A stretch of 64,000 nt of DNA from Amoeboaphelidium protococcarum X5 (GCA_023515725.1 JALDTO010000155.1:1088984-1152983), one strand, 5' to 3'. Numbered from the stretch's first letter, positions 26,554-41,188 are shown. Numbers and translations: made by a program. Notes: generated by a model from the letters alone, not told the origin.

Positions 26554-29505
26554 TCACTTGGTTGTGGTGAGCTATGGCTTGGAATTTGCAACGTAACCAC
26601 CGCGTTCACTTGGCTCACAATCGCGACTCATCTCCAGCAGTAGTTTTTCATCATCAATACATGGAGGACCATATGGGAATCCAACATAGATAGCCAAATC
26701 AGCGTCATTACCCAAGTAGTGCTAGTTAAAGAATCCACCATCATCCTTTTCCTTCTCATCCTCAAACTTGTATGTGGACTATTGATACACTCGGATGGCG
26801 TGAATCTTGTCAAATATAGTTTTACACTTTTCAAAATTGATCATCTACGCTGGAGGTGGCACATCTTCCTACGTGGTTGCATTTCTTGAGCTCTTGGCAT
26901 CAGACGCCTCTGAAGACTTGGTCTGCAGCGAGGCTGTAGACTCCAATTCTTCATCAACATTTCTCAAGATAGATGGAGCCAATGAAGTTGCCGGACTTAT
27001 ACCAGCACTGACATCTGCGCTCTTCTGCCCGGCAACAGCTGCGGCGGCAGGGTTCTTGCTCTCCTACTTGGCAGGCATAGCAAGATGCTTCTGATTACCA
27101 TCATTCATAAATGTCAAATCTTTAACATACAGACCAAAGAAAGGGATAAACGGAGGTTTAGAGAAGGCTTCAATCTCACGGTAAGCCTTAAAATTACCGC
27201 GATAACTCATCTTTGCCTCAAGTTCCTTGTACGTATTGATCTACTTTCCCTTATTCACCAACTCCCAAGTCTTCTTGAGTCTAGACACAGAAGTGGTGTT
27301 CAATCCCGATATAATTGCCATCAGCGTTCCGTAATTGGCAAACTTGTGAATGTACTTCATAATCTCAATGAATTTGTTAATTGCATCAGCACGCTTCTTT
27401 ACATCCTTGTATGCACATACAACACTAGACACCCAGAAGCCAATACGATTGAATCGTTCAATGTAAAAGTTGAAGTTATTAATTCTAGTATCATTCTTAT
27501 CTCCCCAGAGAAAGATACAAAACTCGTCTGGTTTAATCTGCCTGAATAGCTTTAAATCAGACAAAGTCAGTTCCTAAGCAATTCTCTTGGGAGACCAGTA
27601 CGTGACAAAATCAATGCTATCAATCAGCTTCTTTACCTCTGGTGGCGCAACAGGTCGCTCAAAAGGCTTGAAAGTCTTTGATCTTTCCACCTCGCCATCT
27701 AAAATGTTCTTAATCTGACCACCATATTTAGCACAGTCTGAGGCATTGATGTCATTCAGAAATTCATTGAATGCATCCACCATCTCCTGTGATCTAAAGT
27801 CGTAATAATGACGTTCAGCCCACTTCTTGAAGACGCTGACAACGCGAACTCTGATAATTGCAGACGCTTGAGCAGTGTCTGCTTAATACTGGAAGCGATC
27901 TCTCAACAACTTGATAAACTGCACCGGAGTCATAAAGTGCCTGTAAGTCAAAAGGAATATTTCGATATAAATCGTGTCTGGAGGGGCTTCTTCAGCCAGA
28001 CTAGCAACCAAAGCCTCAGCTGTACCAGCGGTGATGTCATATTTACCTCCCTTCAGATTCTTGATGAGAACTTCTCTTCCATACTGATCGTACTTTTTAT
28101 CAACCGCAGGCATTGCTAGCTCCTTTACCGAGGCTGAATCAATAGAGTTTGCAGAAGCCAAAGCATCGCTCATACCTGGGAATTGACTAGTTGGAGACTT
28201 GGAGTCGCCGCCTTTAAACAGCTCCATAGCTGATTTTCTACGCTTATCTGCAGAAGATCCATGAGTGTTCACTCTCTTTGTAACATTATCGGAATTCTTA
28301 CTGGCAATAGTATCAGAGCTAGCGGTGGAGTTTGACTAATCAGTCTCATTGATACTACCCAGCTCAGCAGGACTCTTCTTACTACCAGTTCTCACGCTTC
28401 CACTATTGAATAAGGACCAGCCTCTGACAGTGTTGTTAAAGCCTTGACGATTACCTTTACGCTTGCCATCCTTGGATTGTCTAGCCGCAGCACCAGCCTA
28501 ATCTCCATCTCCATCAGCGCCTTGGGTATAATCGGAACCATCGTCCTACGATACCAGTTGGTCATCACGAGTCTCCATCGTCATGATACTCATGTTATCA
28601 TCATCTCCACTGTGAACTATCATAGGAGAAGACCCATCCTCTACAGAGTGTTAGCTCTAACCGTCAGTACCGGCACTTTGCATTTGATTTCTTTCATCAG
28701 CTGCATTAGACTAATCTGTGTCATTACTGACTTCGACATCAGCCACACCTTCAGTGATCACAGCCAGATTCTGACCAGCATGATCTTTTTCACCCGGCTA
28801 CTGTTACTACTACTGATCTTGCTGAGGATCGAATCCCTGCTCGAATTCGCCACCCTTCATCTTGACCATCAGCGCAATAGCACTACCCAGGCTCTGATGA
28901 ATATCAAAAAAGTCTTTAGACGTGAAGCGGTAGTTGGTCAGTACTCCATCAGACTCCAGGTAGGCAAAGGTGAATCTATTCTATGAGCGATTATAAGAAT
29001 ACTACAGAATCTGGTCAATCTCAAAGTCTCTAGTTCTCTTCTACACATACACAAAAGTGCGCCATCACAATGACATTTGATAATTCAATCAATAAGAAAA
29101 CAATAAGTTTAAACATACCTTATTAGCTGGCTCTGCGACTCTGATACCGCTCAGACTAACAGTCAGTATAACTTCACGAAACTTTCCAGACGATTCGCTA
29201 ACAATATACGTGGCCTAATACTCCTTGCCTTTTTACAGAGCGGCGGTCTCCTCGGGATCATCGTCCTGGGTGTTGAAGTTGAAGAACAAATCGCCAGCCT
29301 TCTTGCCTGCAGCCTCTCCCTCATAGTATGCACTTGTTCTATTAGATGGAAAGCTGTTTATGCTCTGGTCCTCTGGCTACAGCAGTGACTAGTCCAAATG
29401 AGGCTATTGTTGTGGAGAAGAACTACCGCCACCTTCTGTCTCAACTCTATCGGCCTGCTAGTCTTATCCGACCTGCTACTACTGCGATGTCAGTGTATCA
29501 GCCAT
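26554..29505 (-). CDS. Ras guanine-nucleotide exchange factor (REM + CDC25 domains; intron near 29118-29041)
   Basis: AGTAEALV...FLLTYRHF, IAQELTL..LKLFRQI, NYGTLMAIISGL...VSRLKKTW, PFFGLYVKDL..MNDGN, ends MSRDCEP. Confidence 0.9.
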
Positions 29506-29929
29506 ACTTATTACTCAATTGATCAACAAGATGATATCAGCGATTTCAAATTAATACGGAGTAATAGAATACGAATTTATGTAGAAAGGAATAACGATAA
29601 TCTAGATTTTCAACTAAAGCAAGTCGTTGACGATATAATTGTTGGCTCAAAAGTTTGGTTGTCAAGAAGATGAAACAATAGGCCCTATTGAGAAGTAAAG
29701 AAGCAGCGTTCTTATAAATAGCCCGTATGAAATAATGGTTTATAAATACACTACAAATAGTATATACTATTGGGCTATTAAATTTATAAATGTAGGTAGC
29801 CAATGAATTTTGAATATGAAATATACGTGAGATCAAAGCTCCCTCGATCTATATGACTCTGTGATGTCTGTTATGCGACCAAAGTTCCGACTCGTTCTCT
29901 CCTCTAGCATCACAGGGTAGGAACGGACA

Positions 29930-31050
29930 ATGAATAAGGCTAGTGATAAAAGAGCAAATAAAAACAAACCTCATAGAAACTAGTAGGGTGGCAAAAGGTT
30001 TTAAAAGCCTGTTGCAATTTTGTAGCGCGATAATATCTTAGATAACGCGATTAGTGTCAATTCGTAGCCTGCCTAGCAGGTGACTTAAGACGAGGACTGT
30101 AGAAAACAAGAAGATTAGAATAGCAACCGAGACATCCTGTCCAAGATTAATTCCATCAAACGATCTTTATTTCCGGATCCCTCGCGTGATATGTTGTCTG
30201 TGGTGGGCAAAGATTGGAGTGTTGATTGGAATATATAGAAAGTAAGGACATTATTCAATAGTCGATTCATTTATAATCAACTTCGGTGTTGTAGTTTTTA
30301 TGCGGAGAGTCTATGTTATATCTTCCTGTCGCGTTTATCGGATATGGCGCGTCCAAATTCGTCTCTGAGCTATATAATGTAAATTTACAGTAAAGATAGT
30401 GCACCGACTTGATATCTATGGTGACAACGTCTAGTCGCGTCATTAGCCTCGCTCATGATACATTGCTGAATGCAAAGCATCGAGAGTCACAGCGCGTCGA
30501 TCCTCACAAAGATTATGAGACGGAGATAATTGTTACTGATGCCATCACTTAAAAGTGTCAGCTAACTGTAGTAATATGTAAGAATGGGCAAGAGCTCGAC
30601 TCAATGTCGAGATTACTATCCAAGTTGAGCAATTTTCGGTCATAGTTTGACCAAGAAAATGTTTAAGCTGGTTCGAAATTGCTTTTGATTTCTTAATTGG
30701 CTCCGAAGCATACCCTACAATTACCGTAGAACTTGGTTTAAAATCTGGTTCCTATTAAACATCCTCTCTTACAAAATTGTGTGTTTGAAAGTATTTTGGT
30801 TCCTCCTGCGCAAGACGGCTCACAACGTTCATAGTTGGATGATTCTGACTTTATTTGTAAAGCGAGCGAATTAGACCGTAGAGAGTTTATGAAATGTTTG
30901 AGAATCGAATTGGAATCCTATTTTGGGCAGATTTTGCAGCCTTAATATCCCTCAGAAGTGGTTTGGTTTCAGAATCTAATTAGACAGATTGACATTTTGA
31001 AGAGATCCCCTACAGTCAAGGATGTCGCTAGAAGCGTGTAAGAAAAATGA
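29930..31050 (+). CDS. SMG9-like nonsense-mediated decay factor, divergent (intron about 30242-30293; possible upstream ATG 29864)
   Basis: Disordered N-terminus, then VAFIGYGASKFVSELY, TSSRVISL, and C-terminal SEVVWFQNLIRQIDILKRSP resembling SMG9 TEKNWFHYAARIWDGVRKS. Confidence 0.55.
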
Positions 31051-31417
31051 TTGAACAGTTTTATTGTCCTAGTATTAATTATTTAAAATGAGATACGTAT
31101 TTAAACTAGATTATTTTGAGGGTTCCAGCGGGCAATTTCTGCGTCGATCTAAGCTTCGAAACAGATCGAGGGGGATAGAGGGAATTTACCAATAGAGCAC
31201 GCGCGTCATCATGCGCTTATCCCTCTGAAACAATTACGTTTCACGTCCGTGAATGGAATCGGAAACACCTTCCTGTTTCATCTATATCACATTACTTTGT
31301 CAAGTCTCAGAACGGCAAGATGTCCATCCAGCCAGCTTTTGGTAATTTAGATTCCCACACTTAATTGGGCTTCTATCATAGATTCTAGTACAGATAACGT
31401 TTGATATAGTACATAAC

Positions 31418-32728
31418 ATGCCAAAGGTTTGCTTTGCCGGAGACGATATCATTGAGTTTGAAAATATCTCAAATGGAGATTCTATCAGCGAGTCACCTGC
31501 TGCAACTTTATCGCTCTCGGAAGAACCACTAAGCAATCCTTCACCAATTCCGGATGGAAATGTGGTCAGCGCTCCTCCTTTATATTTGCAGCGATAATCC
31601 TCATATGATCAACTGGTCACTAAAACTAAAAGCAAATGGCAGAGGCTGTCTTAATGTCAACGGGCCATGATTATAACTATACCGCTGGTAATTCTTCTGA
31701 TAATTCTGGTGTGTATCATAGCTTATGGTATTGCATATGTCATGATACGTAATCAATTTAACTCTAGAAATGATGGACAGTATAGCAGCATGTATCTATC
31801 AAATGTGACCAATTCCTCAGTTGAGGCGACGGTGGTATAAAGTCAGCAGATGAAATCATTTGTGCCTGTGTACTTGGAAGACTTCACAATTGTGTACTCC
31901 ACAGCTTATGGTGATTTCGCGAGTATAAAAATGCCTGGCTATATGGTCGAGAATGGTATTCTCAATAGATCTTACATAACTCCGCTATAGATTACTAATA
32001 TGGACATGCTGGGAAGTTTTGGTAATGAGGTGATGCGTATACTGACCTCGCAAAGTTCTGACATTTACAATATCTAGATTCATTAGAGAAGCATTATGAG
32101 TGTTCACATTGGATATCCTGCTCTATCATTCATTCGTTGGTCCATTCCATACTACAGTAGCTTTCCATTCAAAGTGACTAGTCTTGGAAATTTCGCATCT
32201 CTAACTGCCAAACAGGAAATTGCGAATGATACTGAAATACCCGATACCAGCGCATCAAGTTTGGCGCAAACTACCGATGCCGACAAGCCCAACAACACCT
32301 TGAATAATACAATGGTTGAGTAGTAGAACGAAATGTCTGGGAACGCGTCTATATCCAATGTTCGTCTGCGTTTGAAGAACTTTGTATTCGAAGCAACAGT
32401 CAATTTCACTAATCCCATTCCTTTGGCTCTGAACTTGCAATTGGTGAAAGGCAAAGTTTATTTTGTAGACAAACCTCTTGCTAATGTATTTGTCTAGAAC
32501 TGCACCATTGTATCCGGTTTCAACTCTATCAGACTCAAGTTTTAAATCATTAGCTTTGGAGGTTTTATGGGCACAGCTGCGAGTGTGGTGTTTAAAGGTT
32601 TACGACCAGAGAAATTTACTCTTAGAGATATCACGATGATCGGTGAGGGTGGCTACATTCAATGGCTTAACGCATGGTTTGAAGGAGTACAAGTCAGACT
32701 ACCCACTTCTCCCACGTAGAAACGATGA
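31418..32728 (+). CDS. Type II membrane protein, beta-rich (DUF3712/LEA2-like)
   Basis: Continuous 436-aa frame; one TM (IITIPLVILLIILVCIIAYGIAYVM); N-glycosylation sites; FTNPIPLALNL motif. Confidence 0.6.
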
Positions 32729-32815
32729 AAAATTCAACCTGTAAGTAGATGACAGGCAAGTATTTGGTTATGAGCTATATTTTGTATTCTGTTTATCTTT
32801 CTAATCATTAAGTGC

Positions 32816-33703
32816 TCATTCAATATCAAAGTATTATTTTCGATCTATCTTCCTCTACCCTTGCATTGCATACAGACGCTTTATTTCTTTTGAGTCCTAG
32901 CTATTGCGCCTTCTGCTGAAATGAGTCTTGAAGAACTAGTCAGGAACATATTACGGTAGATATTCTGTATTTTCTATTGCATCAAACTTTACGCGGGCAT
33001 TTCTCAGCTTGTTTCTTAACACAATGAACTAGTAGATTGGATGTCTAATTGATTCTGCATCAAGATACAGCTCATACGCGATAAATCCAATGCTTCTACT
33101 GAGCTCAAGTATGTTTCCAAACTGTCTGCCCGTTAAAAACCATATATGGGCCAATTTGCTTACCATAGTGTTTATTTTATACTGAAAGGTATTGTATCGC
33201 AGTTAGTAATCAGATACAGCAGACCTCAAATTGTTTGTTACGCGTCCCAGTTAGTTTGCCCTACGTCTGCTGATGAAGCGCCAGAACGGGATATCGTGAG
33301 ACATGGAATATGACATTGGCACTCCAAACACCGGCTGCAGTAATAAACTATGGCAAAGCTCCAGCATTTTAAAATGGTTATTTGCCAGTTCTTTCAGTTT
33401 ATTTAGTCTTGCTTAGACAGAGCTAAAAGCAGTGTTAATGGAAAAATCTAAGCCATCTTAAGCATCTTCACGCGTAGCAGCAGTGATATCAGCCATGACC
33501 TCACTTAAAGTATGCAATAGAGTATCAGTAGCCACCTTTTCATTTTAGAACTGATAAGGCTCGATAAACCCTTCTGCAGTATCACCATCCCTTGAACCAA
33601 TTTGCCAGTCACTAACACCATTCGTATCACCCGAAGGGATATCAGTTTTACTGAAGGCGCCTGATGCAAGAGCGAATATAGCAACAAAGTTCTACCAGTG
33701 CAT
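32816..33703 (-). CDS. Hypothetical secreted protein
   Basis: 295-aa frame; MHWQNFVAIFALASGAFS looks like a signal peptide; no recognised domain. Confidence 0.6.
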
Positions 33704-33977
33704 TATTTATTGAGATTCTGCACCAAATATCGTTCGGTTGAAGAATTTTGCATCTTTGCGTAGCATATTCTCTCGTCATACTGCAGATGTATTAGACCCT
33801 TGATTGCCCCTTAATTTCAAAGTTCTATGATTTGAACAACTAACGTTGAGATACAATGTGTATTTGAAGCGCAATTCTCTTTTATGCGTGTAGTAACTGT
33901 TGAACACAGATAGGATTATGTAAAGCTTCAAAGACAAAACATATACTGTATTGAGTGACGACAAAAAATATTAAACA

Positions 33978-35153
33978 TCAGTACGAATTAATTACGTAAT
34001 GGTAACAAGTTTAAACCAATCTACAGAATTGTTAAAATAGAGTTACCAGGCCATTTGCAAGCATTAGTATGCTATCAAGTGGAACGATTTACAACAGTTG
34101 CTATTACTTGTCTTTAATAACAAAAACGGTCCGCTCTTGGACACTTGAGAATACTATAAAAGTCCAGACGATTTGCGCAACAGTAGCGAATACGCTTGAC
34201 TTGTGCAAGAACGCTTTCCACGCGCCAAAGTACTTATCCAGCTGGTAAATTTCACACTCTACCAGTATAATGGGAGCAAAGAGATAGATGATTTGTAGTG
34301 ATAGAAACACTGATGCCAGTGTGAGATTCTTTGTCCAATTACATACATGCAAAACCTTCTATAGTAGATGATTATCGCGCGAAGATTAGTTCTTGATCGC
34401 ATCAGAACCAACACATATCCCTTCTATAAGAAGTTACGATATGGACGCGAGTGATGCTGACAATATATCAGTCCAAATCAGAGGAATACAGCAGATGGTG
34501 TAAAACGAGAATACAGACCATTGATAATTCTAGTTTGGTGACAACAATGGCATAAATGAATGCATGTATTGTTGACCATTGATGTCGTCGAGAAAGCGCA
34601 AATCCTTGTATACCAGCTACGAATGTATCACCATATCACATATCAAAGATCTCAGACTGGTGTCCTTAGTTGATATCGTAGAATAACAAAGTTTTTGTAT
34701 GAAATGCACAGGAAATATCACCATAGCGAGGAGACTGCGCATCAGCAACGTATAACCAAAATGGATCGAACGACAACTCTTCTCAAACTCAACATTGATC
34801 AACTGAGAAACTGTTCTTGGAATTACAGGATGCAGATGCTAGTTTTGACCGTGATAACCGGAGAGAAGAATGTATTTCAACTTGTATTAATGGAATGATG
34901 CAGCATAATCTTCACTACAGTCAGCAGAGGACCTTGGGAAGAGTCGTTGCATCAAAAGGCCAAAGTCGCGTTTAAGATTCCGTTTCCATAACAGATTGTC
35001 AGTCTTGATCAATTTGTGCATTCGCACTGTGGTCTCACTCAGAGCCATCAGAGATTTCAAGTCTAACTGTTGAACGATCTCACTCAATATCTCATTCGGC
35101 AACAATGCAAGTTATGATTTCTATTATATTTAATCACTATCTGCTTGATCCAT
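33978..35153 (-). CDS. F-box protein with hydrophobic (TM-like) C-terminal region
   Basis: LPNEILSEIVQQLDLKSLMALSETTVRMHKL...LW; continuous 391 aa. Confidence 0.8.
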
Positions 35154-35445
35154 AATGCCTCTTCCTCCTCTTGTGGCATGTGACAATTGTATCAGAAAGA
35201 ATCTGAATAAACTTGAAACGAATGACGCCAATCTGATGACGGAAACAATGATGACAATTGATTTGATTGACAGTATGAGTGCTGCTTTGATCCCCAATTG
35301 ATTCATTTTGTATGATAACATTTTATTAATAAAAATATTCACAGATAATAAAGTGTAACGAATGATTCAGTGTTGAGATTTGAAATGCATCATATTGATT
35401 GGTCATTGCAGTCAATCAGAACGTCAGTTTTATTAGATGCCGTTG

Positions 35446-35925
35446 TCATGCACCATCTTGTTCGGCAACTAGGCGTAGAGTCAACTCGATCACTTATAGT
35501 TCATAATCAAGAACTGCCAGCCAGTTCTATACATCTCCTAGTCCCTACACGAAGCATACGCGTCGCAATCTCAAGATTAAATATATGACACGCTCTTACT
35601 TTTAACGAGGCGGACATTTCATTTGCCAGCTCTGCGTACTATCGAACTTTGGAGACCGTCTTGTCGTGTGACTTTTGAAGTGACTTGACCAACCTTTCAA
35701 TTTACATTTGGTTGTAGAAAATTTTGGCTATGCTACATGTAATTTGGTGTAAATTACTCAACTGAATACCACCAAAAATGATGTAAAATACTCTTCATTC
35801 AAATTATTGACTATACTGTCTGAGCACAGATCTGCCAACTCCAACAATTTCTGCTCATCTTCTTTCAATCGTCGCTCCCTCTATGACTGCTGAATTTACT
35901 TTTCTCTGATCAAATTTTATATCAT
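35446..35925 (-). CDS. BLOC1S1: BLOC-1/BORC subunit 1 (two introns)
   Basis: IVNNLNEDIAKIFYNQ..IE and SLK|GLGDVQNW match BLOS1 LVDHLNVGVAQAYMNQ and LKEIGDVENW. Confidence 0.85.
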
Positions 35926-36351
35926 AATTCTCTACACTTTGCTCGCCAATGGCAGTGGCTACTTTGTAAGCGTTAGACTACGACCAATCAAAGGGATCTT
36001 GTGTCAACGAGGATCTAGTCGCGACTCCCTCAGGAACAAGCGAAAGTAACAGAGCGGTCGGTGACAATGCGGAGAAAATGATCAGAGTTTTTAACAATGC
36101 AGCTCACGTATACAAGAAAGTTTTATATCATAAAGATTGTTTCGGCAAAGATTGTTTTAAGAAAGGCGCTAACTCTGTTATAGCGTATTTTAACTCTCCA
36201 AATAGCGTTATAAGCCCCCCTCATATATTTTATTCTCCACTGCGATATATATACGTGAAGACTTCAAAGGCCTTTAAAGTCTGTTGCATACATTCCATCG
36301 TTTTCGTTAGATAACTTTGTGACGGCTTGAGCGACAGCATAAAGAGAGACT

Positions 36352-38040
36352 ATGTAATTTAAAGTTGTAATTGAAGACTTAATTCGACAAAAAACGCTGC
36401 GAAATAAAGATATAGTAGAATTAATCAATACACTAAATGCGCAAGTCTCTAGTAGTCTGTAGTTGAGATAGTAGAATGAGGACCAGCAGGTGCAAATTGA
36501 GAAGCTAACAACCCAAGTTGAGATTTAGAAGTAGCAACTCTAGACTGAAAGCCCATAACTAAAGGAGTTAAAGTAAGAACTGAACGAGCTGTACAAAGCC
36601 CAATCGAACAATACTCAGCGACTACTGTCAGTCGGAGATGAACTGGTGGCCACTCAAAAATTGCTGAAGCAGTAAGAAGATTCCACCACACGCGTCACCA
36701 TGCAGTTGGAGAAGGAGAAGCGACGGGCTGATGATGCTCTTGATTTGGTGCAGCAAAAGAACGACACCATCCAGTTGTTGCAGGATGAGCTGAACACTTT
36801 ACGGCTTGAGATATAGTAATCTGATGAGAGGATGGCTGCCATTAAATAAGAGAATCAGGAATTGTTGAATAAACTTCTGCGAAAGGCGTCTGATGATGCA
36901 ACCAAGATGAATGCCGCCAATAACATGTATGAGAGCATGATGGAGAAGAGGTAAAAGTTTACCACAGCAGCGTTAGGTAGAATATCAAGTTTAAGAGATG
37001 TGGTCGCCAAGAATATGTTCAGCGGTGAATAGTTTGGTGGTCTACAATCTTCGTCAGAGCTCGAGGATAGCCAGATGCCTCTGTAGCGCGTGCCCACCTG
37101 GAACAAGTGTAAATGGCCTGAAAAAGAGACCATATGCAATAAGCTTCATGAAGATGATATTAATCATGTTGACTTCAGTTCTGATGGAAGTATAGTCGTG
37201 ACAGCTTCAACAGACAAGAAGGTTAAAGTTTATGATATCCCCACCAAACATGTCAAGTACTCTCTGTCGGGTCATCTGCAGTCAGTTTTGTATGTTCAAG
37301 TGAGTTCTAATGACCAATTGCTTCTTGGTGCTGGTAATGATCATAGCATTAGATTGTGGTCGTTAGTGACGCAGAGATCTGAACATACTCTGACTGGACA
37401 TGTTGCTTCAGTCAGAACATCGCGATTCTCCATTGATTGTAAGCGGGTGATATCTGGTAGTCACGATCGCACTATAAAATTGTGGGACATACAGAGGGGC
37501 GCCTGTTTACATTCAATGTTCACCAACTCAAGTGTGAATGATCTATGTCTTACAGAGGATTCAGGTGTTATCAGCGGACACGTTGATAATCAGCTCCGCT
37601 TCTGGGATTTAAGGATAAGGGAATGTGTCAAGACTCTGAGTGGGGTGCATTCTGGTTAAATAACATCCACGTGTACTTCAACTGATTCTTAATCTATATT
37701 GACTAGTTCTCGAGATAACACACTAAAATTAATAGATATTCGTACATTTGAGGTGAAGCAAGAGTTCAGGCATGACAATTATCGGAGTAGTAGTAATTTC
37801 TCCAAAGCCTGCCTCAGTCCTGATGGTTAATATGTGGCGAGTGGTGGTTAAGACGGTAAGATGTATGTATGGAAAGTGCACAAGCAAGGATAACCGGTTT
37901 CGTTGAGAGATGGCAGTAGTGTTCGTGTATTCGACGGACTTCATCAGTCGCATGCAATCAATGCTGTACAATGGTCTCCTAAAGGCGAAGGATTGTTGGT
38001 TAGTGCAGACAAAGCTGGCTAAATTGTACTCTGGAATTGA
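36352..38040 (+). CDS. ATG16: Autophagy protein 16, ATG16L-type (coiled coil + WD40)
   Basis: ELNELYKAQ, LQDELNTLRLE...ENQELL...MNAAN, followed by WD40 repeats (SGSHDRTIKLWD, SGHVDNQLRFWD). Confidence 0.88.
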
Positions 38041-38123
38041 ATATTAAATTTGTTCAATCTGTATTTAGTTTCAAATAAACGTAAATATATTATTTAGTTC
38101 AGTTATATCATTCATGAAGAGTT

Positions 38124-39029
38124 TCACTTGGCTTCCTAATCCAATTGCTATAAGTAACGCTATGCGAGAGAGGGCGCAGTTTACAGAATCTCTGTCAACT
38201 GCAGAGTGTCCAGACTGCCATGACCAAACATTTATACATTCAGAATAGAACCATTTCGATGCACAGCGCACATAGCATGACAAGCAGATACTTTACATTC
38301 ATCCAACAAGGGATCAACAACATATTGCCTCTGAGATGGAGTCGCGTAAAAAGTAACAACAGCAGGCAAGTCTACCAACGGTAACAGAGTCATACTTTAA
38401 TCATCCAAGTCAACTTCATAATCCACCATGGCAGTATCATCTGCTCTCTTATCCACATCTTCAACGCGTATATTTGGAATTCTACAATCTTTCAATGCCG
38501 CGTTGATCCCAATGCATATCAAATCAACTACACCGCCTCCAATATCAGACTGTATAAGAACATCTGCATACAATACCCATCGTGTCCTGCCGGGTATTAC
38601 ACTCAATTTCTCATAGTCAATTACTGAGTTTGAGCTGTAAATAGACTCGATCGCCTGCTGATACTAGAACGCGATATGATCATCAGGCGCATATCTAACA
38701 CCATTTTCAGAATTACAGGCAAACTCTATGGCACATCGAAACTGACCAGCACCATTAATGGCTTACTTATCAGTATTCAAAGAGGTAAAACCTGGATTTT
38801 AAAGTTTTATTTAGAGCGAGTCAACGTGCTAACTCTGCTGCAACTCGGCTCTGATAGATACCAAAATTTCAGTACCATCAGCATTGAACACACGCGCCGA
38901 TCCATTACATTAAGGCAATACTCCATTTTCCATAGTGAAATTTCGCGTCTTCTAATTACTTCTACCATCTTATCGCACTCCTTACTCAATACCATCCAAG
39001 ATAAAATTTTACTCCGCCACTGATATCAT
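38124..39029 (-). CDS. RRP42: Exosome subunit Rrp42/EXOSC7
   Basis: ISVAEQNFILDGIEQGVRQDGR, NGSARV, WVLYADVLI, AALKDCRIP, VVDP. Confidence 0.88.
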
Positions 39030-39177
39030 ACTGTGTGTATTTATTATCGCTTTACACAACACTTTTCAATTTTTTAAAAATCTAAAATCAACAACAGGAA
39101 TTGAATAATGAAAAATGATGTTGTTATATTTCCGCCACCACAATGTTCGTATTATCAGCAAATATCATCGCTATTAC

Positions 39178-40842
39178 TCAACTAAAATTAAATCCATTGG
39201 ATTAAATAGATTGATTACCGAAAGTGAACGCACCCGTGTTGGCATCAACAGTAGGCACGATATCAGCATCTTCCTCCACATCATCGCTAAAGTACTTGAT
39301 AATCAAACCATAAGCCTTCTTGTAAATCTCGGTATTTTCAGACTCTTGTAGAGCTTAGATTGTATCCATGCCACCAGCTTCTTCAATAGCCAAAGCATAC
39401 ACGTTAGTACCCATGTTACCTGCACTATCTTTATCATCTTCCCCAACTTTAAGGATATTCTCCAATCCATCGAGAGCCACCAGCACCACTTTGTTATCCT
39501 TGCAAGTAAGAACATCACACAGCGGCTTGATAGCACCGATGCTGACAAGATATCGAATGATGTCAGGCTTATGCAGACCGCCAGTGGTTGCATTGGACAC
39601 TGCCCAGCACGCTTCCTTTTGAATTTTAAAATCTGCAGTTTCCAACAATTGGAGCAGTGGTGGGAATAGACCATTATCAATTGCAGCCTGAATCTGCGGA
39701 ACAGTACCGGCAGTTATATTTGATATAGTCCAGCAGGCTTCTTTGCGGATACCATCACGCGGACTACTCAACATGGACAACAGATTAGGAAGTGCACCGG
39801 CATTAATAACCACCTACGTCTGTACGTCGTCTCCAGTCACAATATTACCGATGGTGCGCAACGCTGGAGTCTGTACAGAGTAGGACGAGTGCAAAAGCAA
39901 TTCAGACAAGCGAACCACCACACCAGACTCTATAACAGCCTAAATCTTCTCATTAGGTCCATCCGACAAGTAAGACACGGCCCAACAGGCATCAGTCAGC
40001 ACCTCTTCATCCATTACGTACATCAACTTGGCCAGGACGGGCAATGCCGGACAGATCAACGGCCACGATGGTGGAGGATTCTTACCTCTACAGAAATTGC
40101 TCAGAGTCCAGACTGCATTTCTCAACATTGACAACTTCTGATTCTCCGTAATGATCTTAAGTAGAGGCTCCAGAGCACCTCGCTATAGCACAAAGTCACG
40201 ACAGTCGGGCGAGTCACCCGCAATATTACCCAGAGCCCAGACAGCCTACTCCCTCACATCGCTAGACTCGGACTTCAACAACTGGATAAAGTAAGGCACC
40301 GCGTTAGCCTCCAAAACAATCTTGGTCTAATCTGAACTACCAGAAGCAATGTTGGTCAATGCCCAAGCAGCCTCAAATTACAGCAGTGGATCAGGTGCTG
40401 TCAATAGTTCAACAAATCTGGGCACAACCCCGGTACCGATGACCTCTGCAATAGGTGGGTTCTTCTCTTTACTCAAAATCTTGCGGAACTTGGTGACAGC
40501 TGCAAGAATCGCTGCCGCATCATTAGAATAGACATCACTAACCATAGATGGTAGGTCATTCAGAGACAACTACTTGGCAGAGACAGCACCGGCAGATGTG
40601 GTAGAGTCACCAAATCCACCAGCAGTACCACCACCGTTAATACTTTCATCTTCGCTGTCACTCAACACAGCACCGGCACCACTACCAACGTATTGTCTAC
40701 GCTTAGCCAAAGACTCTTCACGTTTAGACTTGCGCAACTCAACACTCTGCTCCTCACGTCTACGTCTCATGTCTTCACTCTACAGAGAGCCGCGATTCTT
40801 GTAAGCATTTCTGCGCCATTCAGGTACTTTTTTATCGCTCAT
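39178..40842 (-). CDS. SRP1: Importin subunit alpha
   Basis: IBB domain ([18 protein letters not shown]) and ARM repeats ([37 protein letters not shown]). Confidence 0.97.
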
Positions 40843-41188
40843 TGATAAATTTGTCATTCACAACTTTTAAAGGGAAATATGGCTCAAATAAATATTTTAA
40901 TTATTATTACAGTAAATTAACGGGGATCAAACTGATGATAATGTTCAGTAAGAATATGAATTTTTAACGGGTCGCCGCCTCTTGGTATAGAAGAAACAAA
41001 AGAAATAAAAAGAGAGCGAGATAGTGAGTGACGATAGAGAGAAATCAGAAGAAGCGAACAGCCACTTACCAGGCTGAGAGGAAATGAACCGGCTGAAGGC
41101 TAAGGGCTTTAGATCTCTGATCAGGCGCGCGTTGTCATCAATTTTATAATCGACTTTTCGTCTGACTACAATATGATGATAAAATAAA

